58,261 nt of DNA from a virus (lineage: Duplodnaviria > Caudoviricetes). Under the pieces are notes generated by a model. The model had not been told where the DNA came from. It was given only the letters and a program-made list of their open reading frames with translations, and did no database searches. Position numbers and translations under genes: made by a program. The DNA lies in the IMG/VR virus record IMGVR_UViG_3300032240_000532, positions 1 to 58,261 of that record; one strand, 5' to 3'. Positions 45,032 through 52,284 of this stretch are shown piece after piece (position 1 is the stretch's first letter; each line of letters starts with the position of its first letter).

Positions 45032-46507
45032 TTAAACCTTTCTGAGATAAGACTTCAAAGCGACCGTGTCGATGGTTGCTTGGAACACACCCCGCAGTTC
45101 TGATTCACAGTCAGCGGGAAACTTGTTGATGATGGCGTTGTCGAATGCGAGAGCGACTGGCACACCTTTTTGAATCGACCGTGCCCAAGCGAACAACTGA
45201 CGCAACGATGGAGGCTGAGTCAAGATTCCGGCACGGGCTTTCTCACGAGCCACGGTTGCAAACTTCACGAGCACGGTGCTTGCATCGTGTGACAAGCCAG
45301 TTCGTTTTGTGATGAGGTTGACCTCGTCAGCGAATGGCAAGTACTCGAAGTTCAGCGTGTACGAGAAGCGGTCAATGAAAGCCGTGTTTTGGTCACGCAC
45401 ACCCGCAAAGTTACCGGACGCATCGCCATGACCGTTCGAGTTGTCAGCGCAGAAGAACGCCACATGCGAAGCGACTGGGATGCGAGTACCCGTCTCAGCA
45501 ATGACGATGGAGCGGTGAGGTGAGCGTTCGCACAAAGCATGCAAGACCGCCAAGTTCTGCGCACGGGCAAAGCCAATCTCATCGAGCAACACGAGAGCAC
45601 CCGTGTGTTGGATTGCCTGAGTGATGACACCCGCTTTCCACTCGACATTGCCATTGACGATGGTGTTGCCGCCAATGAATTCAGCCCGTTCGATTGCCTC
45701 ATCGAAGTTCACTCGGAAGAGTCTACGACCGAGGCGTGATGCAACTTGTGACACGAACTCAGACTTGCCAGTGCCACGCTCACCCGCAAGCCACACATTG
45801 TCGGGCAGTGGGTCATCGAGGGCGATGAGTGCTTGGTGCAAGTGCTTAGGGTTGAAAATGTAATCATCGACAAGAGCGGGGGTGTTGACATCGTTCCACA
45901 CATCGACATCGAGGTCACCGAAGTCGATGCTCTCATTGCCGACCTCGTATTGCAAGGGGGCGGGAAAGACATCACGAGCCTTGACACGCTTGCTCGTGGG
46001 CAGAGCGTTCGCAATGACGGTGAGTTCCTCCGGTGTTGACTGAGTGCGGAAAGTGTCGAACAGAGCGGAGACCTCCGAGCGAATGATGTTCTCGACCTTG
46101 CCGTAGTCCACGCCTTGGATGGCTTGAATGTCAGCGTTTAAACGGGTTGCAAGGTCGGTGATTTTCTTCTCGTTGGAGATGGCGTTTTTGTGCACGGTGT
46201 CAAGAACATTGTTGGCAACCTCTTGCACCGCCTTGACGGATTCGACCGCCTTGGCAACCTCGAACTGGGTGTTGAGAATTTTCTTGCGAATCTCATCGGG
46301 CACTGCGGGTTCGAGAGCGACCTTGGTCGTTTGAGTGGGGACGCAAGCACGAACTTGGTCGATGGTGATGCGACCTTGTTGGACGGCACGAACGAGAGCG
46401 GTGACCGCATCGTTCTTTGTGGTGCACAAGGGTTCGCCAATCGAGGTCAAGGCGATGTTGAGTTGTTGGGTTGGGATGAGAGCGAGTTCACGAGTGAAGT
46501 TGGACAT
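45032..46507 (-). CDS. MoxR/CobS/CbbQ-type AAA+ ATPase
   Basis: Walker A GERGTGKS; Walker B LLDE; FIDRF; SLRQL; ggaggctca RBS. Confidence 0.88.
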   Translation of the reverse strand: MSNFTRELALIPTQQLNIALTSIGEPLCTTKNDAVTALVRAVQQGRITIDQVRACVPTQTTKVALEPAVPDEIRKKILNTQFEVAKAVESVKAVQEVANNVLDTVHKNAISNEKKITDLATRLNADIQAIQGVDYGKVENIIRSEVSALFDTFRTQSTPEELTVIANALPTSKRVKARDVFPAPLQYEVGNESIDFGDLDVDVWNDVNTPALVDDYIFNPKHLHQALIALDDPLPDNVWLAGERGTGKSEFVSQVASRLGRRLFRVNFDEAIERAEFIGGNTIVNGNVEWKAGVITQAIQHTGALVLLDEIGFARAQNLAVLHALCERSPHRSIVIAETGTRIPVASHVAFFCADNSNGHGDASGNFAGVRDQNTAFIDRFSYTLNFEYLPFADEVNLITKRTGLSHDASTVLVKFATVAREKARAGILTQPPSLRQLFAWARSIQKGVPVALAFDNAIINKFPADCESELRGVFQATIDTVALKSYLRKV

Positions 46508-46531
46508 TTGAGCCTCCAAAAAAAAGTTAAA

Positions 46532-47101
46532 TTACAGAGTGAAAGTTGAGCCATCATTCGGGCAAGTGGGCAAGCCTTGGTCAGCCCAAGTCTTGGTGAG
46601 TCGGATGGTGTACCCGCAAGAGGGGCACACCGCCTTGAGCATGCGAGTCGATTGCACCTTGCGGTCAGCCGATACATTTAAACGGGCATGAGGGTAGTCA
46701 CCAAGCGAAGCGACAAGGTCACCGAATTGCACTCTGAAGTTGTCACCGACCTTGGTCGATGTTGGCTTGCCCTCAAGGTAAAACTTGCGAACACAAGCGG
46801 GAAAGCGTCCACGGTGTCCGTCCCCGTCAGTGGCGGCATGTGCCAGTTCATGCACGAGAATGCCAAACACCTCGAACACATCCGACTCCACGGGAGAGAT
46901 GAGAATCTCATGGGTGTTGTCAGCCGATGCACGGGCAGAGTGATGCTCACCGATTGCACGGTTCAGAGAGCGAGCGTGACGGGAGGGGAAACCGCAAGTC
47001 ACACGAATGCGGTCAGGCAAGGGAAAGCCGTTCGCATCGAAGAGAGGACGCAGTTCATCGACTGCGGATGAGAGCCAGTTTTCACGGGTAGATGTGGTCA
47101 T
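46532..47101 (-). CDS. SprT-like zinc metalloprotease with C-terminal Zn ribbon
   Basis: LVHELAHA...GHRGRF; CPSC...CPND; ggaggctca RBS. Confidence 0.72.
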   Translation of the reverse strand: MTTSTRENWLSSAVDELRPLFDANGFPLPDRIRVTCGFPSRHARSLNRAIGEHHSARASADNTHEILISPVESDVFEVFGILVHELAHAATDGDGHRGRFPACVRKFYLEGKPTSTKVGDNFRVQFGDLVASLGDYPHARLNVSADRKVQSTRMLKAVCPSCGYTIRLTKTWADQGLPTCPNDGSTFTL

Positions 47102-47292
47102 TTTGTGAGCCTCCGAAAAGTTGATTTGACAAGGTTGCGACCGATGCACTCGCCTGAGTGCACCGAGCCGTCAGCGTAGGTGAAAGATTCCCCGCAACCT
47201 CCCGCCCAGTCGAGCAGACCGATGAGCAAGAGAATGACGAGAACGAGGGAAAGGGTGAAGCCGATGATGTATTCGGTTGCCTTGTGCATCAT
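47098..47292 (-). CDS. Small membrane protein
   Basis: One TM helix followed by GCGE...GEC. Confidence 0.6.
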   Translation of the reverse strand: MMHKATEYIIGFTLSLVLVILLLIGLLDWAGGCGESFTYADGSVHSGECIGRNLVKSTFRRLTK

Positions 47293-47435
47293 GCTTCCCC
47301 CTTGATGGATTCGAGCCGAGCGATGCAGTCCTCGATGGCGGGGATTGCGTCAGAGGGGTTGCCCTCGGTCAATTCGTAGAGTGCACCGTTGAGTTGTTCC
47401 CAAAGTACTTGCAGAGTGGATTCGATTTCAGACAT
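47289..47435 (-). CDS. Small hypothetical protein, first gene of leftward operon
   Basis: ggaggctca RBS; 48 aa. Confidence 0.6.
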   Translation of the reverse strand: MSEIESTLQVLWEQLNGALYELTEGNPSDAIPAIEDCIARLESIKGEA

Positions 47436-47824
47436 GGTTTGAGCCTCCATTGAGAGTTGAGAATTGATGCGATTGCATCCGCAAGTGCACTGCGAACAAT
47501 GCACTTGAAGGGCAATCCCTTGTCACCCTTATTCACGAGGGTGAGACATGGGGTCAGAGCCTTGCGCACACTGCTGAGAGTGTCAGACCGACTTTGCTTG
47601 CCCCCCGAAAATGTGTAGGTGGTAGGGCGTGAGTGAGTCGGTCAGCGTAGGTGTCTGACATAGTCATGAGGGCTTGCGTTTTCTCAGTCTGTCCCCGAAT
47701 GGTGTAGGTGGGTGACATGTCGAGAGGTGCGTTCCTCACGGGCTTTCTGCTCGGGCTAGAGTGTTTGCGAGTCACTCATCAAAGCCGTCATTTGTCGTTC
47801 AGTGCAAGCACCGAACTGAGACGA

Positions 47825-47854
47825 ATGATAGCACGGTTTAAACACCCCATGCAA
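47825..47854 (-). promoter_or_regulatory. Sigma70-like promoter of leftward early operon with GTTTAAAC in spacer
   Basis: TTGCAT-18-TATCAT with an extended -10 TG; GTTTAAAC at 47836-47843. Confidence 0.6.
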
Positions 47855-48337
47855 GCACTTTGTGAAAATCTTTTTTTGGGGTGTTTTCCCTCGAAGGGAC
47901 GGGCAAAGACAATCCCGACTAAGTTGTGGGGTTATTGCCAAAAAAGGGTGTTTCCAGCCTATCCATCGACCCCCATTTTTGACCCCGTTTTGACCTCTTT
48001 TTTTCAGCCCGTTTAAACCTCCGATGTTGGATGTCCTCACCCACGGTGATGACCTCCAAGGGTAAGCGTTTAAACGATGAGCCACTGGCTCACGGCATGA
48101 GCCACTGAAAGCGGGAAAGCGAAGCGATGCGGTCTCATCCTCAGAGAGAGCATGCACGACACAACACAATGCGAAGTGTCGTGCTCTGCGCACCGAGTTG
48201 TCACGCCTCGCACTGCATTTTGTCGTGCTTGTTGCGAACACACTGCGAACAGAGTGCGAACATCGTTGACCACTCGATGTTTAAACCTCGACAATGTGAG
48301 TCATTCCCGCAAGGGTTCACGAATGGAGAAAACCAAC

Positions 48338-48970
48338 ATGCGCAACGACAAACACACTGCAAAGAGCACCGAACACAACACAAGCACTGCAAGCACGAAC
48401 GATGCTATCGAGGGGGAATCTTATGTCGAAGACATGCGGTCAAGGGTTGAAAGCGTACAAGTAAAGACAAAGAAGAACGGATTGCCAGTAGGTGTGCATA
48501 CAGAGGCAACCTCCACGAGTAGTGGACGAGACAAACGCCTCACTGCAAAGATGCAGTTGTTCTGCTCTCTCATGGCAAAGGACATGTCACCGAAAGAGGC
48601 TTACCGCAAAGCATACGACTGCTCTCGAATGTCAGAAGCGTCAGTGCAAGCGTGTGCGAACGAATTAATGCGAGACCCTCGAATCAGTATGCTAATGGAG
48701 TCTTTGTGGCAAGACACCAAAGAAGCCATCATTGCAGACAATGTCTCAGCAAGACGAATGGTCATGGCAGACCTTTACAAGCATGCGAAGAACGAAAAGG
48801 AAAACCTGAGCAACCGTCTGAAAGCACTCGAACTCATTGGGCGGTCGATTGGCATGTTCACGGACAAAGTAGAGCAGACCGTGGAGGAAGTGAGTGTTGA
48901 CCAGTTGAAGAAAGAACTTGAGTCATCACTGGCGTTGCTCGACAAGACACCGAAGCGATTGATGCAGTGA
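48338..48970 (+). CDS. terS: Terminase small subunit
   Basis: LTAKMQLFC...EAYRKAY...ANELMRDPRI...RLKALELIGRSIGMFTDK; ggag RBS before ATG 48338. Confidence 0.82.
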   Translation: MRNDKHTAKSTEHNTSTASTNDAIEGESYVEDMRSRVESVQVKTKKNGLPVGVHTEATSTSSGRDKRLTAKMQLFCSLMAKDMSPKEAYRKAYDCSRMSEASVQACANELMRDPRISMLMESLWQDTKEAIIADNVSARRMVMADLYKHAKNEKENLSNRLKALELIGRSIGMFTDKVEQTVEEVSVDQLKKELESSLALLDKTPKRLMQ

Positions 48971-49095
48971 CGGCATGCGGTGTGCGATGCGTGGCGGTGC
49001 GACCCCACCCGTACCCCACCCCCGCAGATGTACCCCCATGCTCGTGAGCGCCACTACACTGTAAACCACACATCCCACTACCTACCCCTATCACT

Positions 49096-49152
49096 TACGA
49101 ACGTTCTCCCCCTACCCCTACATATAAATTCCTGATAACATACGAACGTTCT
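49096..49152. promoter_or_regulatory. Paired TACGAACGTTCT boxes (operator-like)
   Basis: Identical 12-mers at 49096 and 49141 with palindromic core GAACGTTC; the second abuts the aggagg RBS. Confidence 0.5.
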
Positions 49153-49163
49153 TAGGAGGTTAT

Positions 49164-49499
49164 ATGAAACAAGAATCTACTGAAATTATTCACCCAACAG
49201 GTGGCTTTGGTCTTTTAGAATCAAAACCAAACTACATGCTGTCTTTCCACAAAGAAGGCAAACAAGTTGGCACGTTTGACTTTAACGAAGGCAAGATGCA
49301 CTTTGAAGGCGAACTATCTGAGAGCGGTGAAATATTTGTTGACTGGGTTATTGGTGCGTTTAAACAGCGTCTTGATGATGCGGTTAAAGCGGAGCGTGAG
49401 GCATGCGCAAAACGAGCAAGCGTTGCACTTCTTGGTACGCTTCAAAAAACATCAGACAGAGTCTTGAGAGCCATTCAAAAAGGTAATGATGCCACTTAA
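49164..49499 (+). CDS. Hypothetical protein
   Basis: aggagg RBS; ...AVKAEREACAK. Confidence 0.7.
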   Translation: MKQESTEIIHPTGGFGLLESKPNYMLSFHKEGKQVGTFDFNEGKMHFEGELSESGEIFVDWVIGAFKQRLDDAVKAEREACAKRASVALLGTLQKTSDRVLRAIQKGNDAT

Positions 49500-49695
49500 A
49501 CCTCATCCAACAGACCTTGACAAGATGGTCTATGTAAGTCGTCAGTACGACTTGCGTGACTACCGCAAAGAGATGCTAAATTTCATTGATGAGTTCACAG
49601 GGGCGGAGCAGGAACGTCACCCGATGTTCTCTGAAGGTTATGACTTGGCTCTTTTACACATGAAGCAATTGATTGAAGGAAAGACTTATGAGTGA
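49486..49695 (+). CDS. Hypothetical protein
   Basis: Coupled 69-aa ORF. Confidence 0.55.
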   Translation: MMPLKPHPTDLDKMVYVSRQYDLRDYRKEMLNFIDEFTGAEQERHPMFSEGYDLALLHMKQLIEGKTYE

Positions 49696-49891
49696 CGGCG
49701 GCAAAGGCGACAAACAGCGCCCTACAAACCATCGGAGTTTTGCTGAAAACTTTGACAGAATCTTTGGGAAGAAGAGTACGGAACAAGAACGTTCTGGTAC
49801 AATGGAAGGCCAACAATCTTCTGGAGAAACCAATGGCTCTGCACCGAATTTACCTTGTGACCCACCCGAGCGGCGAAATGCGTCTCGTTAA
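49688..49891 (+). CDS. Small hypothetical protein
   Basis: MSDGGKGDKQRP...FAENFDRIFGKK. Confidence 0.5.
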   Translation: MSDGGKGDKQRPTNHRSFAENFDRIFGKKSTEQERSGTMEGQQSSGETNGSAPNLPCDPPERRNASR

Positions 49892-50057
49892 GGCTGGAGT
49901 CCGCTCCCAAGCCCTGACCCATGTGGCGATGTCCACCTTTGGCGTTCGTGTTGCAACTCAGGATGACCTTGTGTCTTGTTTGACCAAAGGCATTCAAGTT
50001 GAAAATATGAAGTCTCCTGACCAAACTGAGTTTGAGTTGGAAGACAAGGCGGTTTAA
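49833..50057 (+). CDS. Hypothetical protein
   Basis: ggag RBS; RIYLV...RLVKA...QALTHVA...VRVATQDDL. Confidence 0.6.
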   Translation: MALHRIYLVTHPSGEMRLVKAGVRSQALTHVAMSTFGVRVATQDDLVSCLTKGIQVENMKSPDQTEFELEDKAV

Positions 50058-50070
50058 GTTATAGTTTGTT

Positions 50071-50281
50071 TTCCACCGTGGGTGCTCTAGCGAAGCACAG
50101 CCCGACAAGGGACGGTGACTTGGTGCAAATCCAAGGCGGTGGAATCAATAAGTCTGGAGATTGGCGGGTATGAAGTCGGTCAGTGGAAGCCTATGTCGTC
50201 CCTTGTGCGCACAACACGACACGCAACCTTAATCCCGATGCTCCGTGTGGGTCGCACCCACAACAGTCTCCAGTCTTATTG
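50071..50281 (+). ncRNA. Candidate ncRNA: tRNA-like cloverleaf plus multibranch domain
   Basis: ttccaccgt/gcggtggaa acceptor, gtgct/agcac D-like arm, cttgg-tgcaaat-ccaag T-like arm; long stem 50146-50163/50264-50281. Confidence 0.55.
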
Positions 50282-50295
50282 TTTCACGTGAAACG
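50280..50295. promoter_or_regulatory. parS: parS-like centromere site
   Basis: TGTTTCACGTGAAACG, 15/16 to the widespread parS consensus TGTTTCACGTGAAACA; intergenic. Confidence 0.75.
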
Positions 50296-50359
50296 TGACA
50301 ATGTTTAAACACTTGTGGCACAATACCCAGAACGTTTCCTATTTGTTCTGAGGTAGCAA

Positions 50360-50545
50360 GTGAATCTAAAGTTAGTCGAACTCGCACAACAATGTGAAGA
50401 CCTGACGGTTGATGAAGCCAAGGCGCTCATCCACCACCTCAAGTTATTGGTCGATGCTGAAGAACTTGCCTCCCGTCCTGCAACCGGATGGCGCAAAAGA
50501 ATCGTAAGTCAGCACATCAAAAACGAGGAGCATCTGAATGACTGA
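50360..50545 (+). CDS. Small hypothetical protein
   Basis: gaggt RBS with GTG start. Confidence 0.55.
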   Translation: MNLKLVELAQQCEDLTVDEAKALIHHLKLLVDAEELASRPATGWRKRIVSQHIKNEEHLND

Positions 50546-50768
50546 ACGACAGAAATTGGTGTTGGACTTTATCAACACATTCATTAAGATGAAGGGCTTT
50601 GCCCCGTCTTACGCAGAGATTGCTCGTGGTTTAAACATGTCAAGCAAGTCAAATATCCACAGACTTGTGCACACCTTAAAAGACAGGGGTCTTCTCAAAG
50701 TCCAACCCCACATGATTCGCAGTCTCAAGGTGGTTGACCAGTCCATAGACAAAATCGTCAAGTTGTAA
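50538..50768 (+). CDS. LexA-like N-terminal winged-helix DNA-binding protein (no peptidase domain)
   Basis: MTERQKLVLDFI...GFAPSYAEIA...SKSNIHRLVHTLKDRGLL...RSL. Confidence 0.85.
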   Translation: MTERQKLVLDFINTFIKMKGFAPSYAEIARGLNMSSKSNIHRLVHTLKDRGLLKVQPHMIRSLKVVDQSIDKIVKL

Positions 50769-52276
50769 TGGCACTCCTTACAGAAGACGAACTTAAAAAA
50801 TACAGGGAGTTACTCGATGTACTCCCAGAGAATCACAAAGACATCCCTAAGATACGAACGTTACTGCGAGAAGACAAGAAAGAACGGTGCAGAAACAACT
50901 TTCTGCCCTTCGTAAAGGACATGTGGTCGGCCTTTATCCCCGGAAAACACCACAGAGACATGGCGGATGCCTTCGAAAGAGTGGCAAATGGTAGCCTAAA
51001 GCGGCTCATCATCAACATGCCACCCCGTCACACCAAGTCTGAGTTTGCTTCCTACCTGTTTCCTGCTTGGTTTCTAGGTAAATACCCTGAGAAAAAGATT
51101 ATTCAGACCGCTCACACCGCAGAATTGGCGGTTGGATTCGGTCGAAAGGTGCGAAATCTGGTCAATACGCCCGACTATCAGGGCATTTTTCCCACAAAAC
51201 TCTCCACAGATAGCAAGGCGGCTGGTCGTTGGAACACCCACAAGGGCGGTGACTACTTTGCTATCGGCGTTGGCGGTGCTGTGACGGGTAAAGGCGCTGA
51301 TGTGCTCATCATTGACGACCCACACTCCGAACAAGAGGCGATGCAAGGCACTCCGGGGGTGTATGACCGTGTGTTTGAGTGGTACAACTCCGGTCCCCGT
51401 CAGCGTTTACAGCCGGGAGGAGCCATTGTCATCGTCATGACTCGATGGTCTAAGCGGGACTTGACCGGACAAATCATCAATTCCTCCACAAAACGAGACG
51501 GCACAGATGATTGGGAAGTGATTGAATTCCCTGCCCTGATGCCTAGTGGTAAACCCCTATGGCCTGAGTTCTGGAGCCAAAAAGAACTCGAGGCAATCAA
51601 GGCTGAACTTCCAGTTGGTAAGTGGGAAGCCCAGTATCAACAGAATCCCACATCCGAAGAAGGTGCGATTATCAAACGAGATTACTGGCGGATATGGGAT
51701 AGCGATGTTCCACCAGCATGCGAGTACATCATCCAGTCTTGGGACACGGCGTTTGAGAAAAACAACCGTGCTGATTTCTCCGCTTGTACAACGTGGGGTA
51801 TTTTTTACAAACCCAATGAACAAGGCGATACGGTTGCCAACATTATTCTTCTTGAAGCCATCAAAAAACGTTTGGAGTTTCCAGAATTAAAGGACGAGGC
51901 CATGCGCCAGTTCAAAGAATGGAACCCAGATACCCTGATTGTGGAAAAGAAAGCGGCGGGTGCACCACTCATTTATGAAATGAGGCGGATGGGAATACCA
52001 ATTTCAGAGTACACACCAAGCAAAGGCAGTGATAAGATAGCCCGTGTAAACGCCATATCAGACCTGTTTGCTTCTGGTTTGGTTTGGTGTCCAGATACTC
52101 GCTGGGCTGATGAAGTCATGGAAGAGTGCGCCTCTTTCCCAAATGGAGAGCACGACGACCTTGTTGACTCGACAAGTCAGGCGTTGTTGAGATTCCGTCA
52201 AGGCGGCTTTATCAAATTGCAATCAGATGAGCCAGACGAAGTCCCTGTGTTTAAACGCAAAGTTGCGTACTACTAA
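50768..52276 (+). CDS. terL: Terminase large subunit
   Basis: INMPPRHTKS, LIIDDPH, VMTRW, QSWDTA, FPNGEHDDLVDS. Confidence 0.95.
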   Translation: MALLTEDELKKYRELLDVLPENHKDIPKIRTLLREDKKERCRNNFLPFVKDMWSAFIPGKHHRDMADAFERVANGSLKRLIINMPPRHTKSEFASYLFPAWFLGKYPEKKIIQTAHTAELAVGFGRKVRNLVNTPDYQGIFPTKLSTDSKAAGRWNTHKGGDYFAIGVGGAVTGKGADVLIIDDPHSEQEAMQGTPGVYDRVFEWYNSGPRQRLQPGGAIVIVMTRWSKRDLTGQIINSSTKRDGTDDWEVIEFPALMPSGKPLWPEFWSQKELEAIKAELPVGKWEAQYQQNPTSEEGAIIKRDYWRIWDSDVPPACEYIIQSWDTAFEKNNRADFSACTTWGIFYKPNEQGDTVANIILLEAIKKRLEFPELKDEAMRQFKEWNPDTLIVEKKAAGAPLIYEMRRMGIPISEYTPSKGSDKIARVNAISDLFASGLVWCPDTRWADEVMEECASFPNGEHDDLVDSTSQALLRFRQGGFIKLQSDEPDEVPVFKRKVAYY

Positions 52277-52284
52277 GGAAAATT

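Noticed and set aside
43104-46507. Cobalamin-biosynthesis (cobST) auxiliary metabolic genes
   Set aside because: No cobN or other cob genes are present, and MoxR-type AAA+/VWA pairs are general chaperone-like modules common in phages.
50071-50147. Canonical tRNA gene
   Set aside because: There is no 5-bp anticodon stem with a 7-nt loop, the T-loop is TGCAAAT and there is no CCA. Kept only as a tRNA-like ncRNA candidate.
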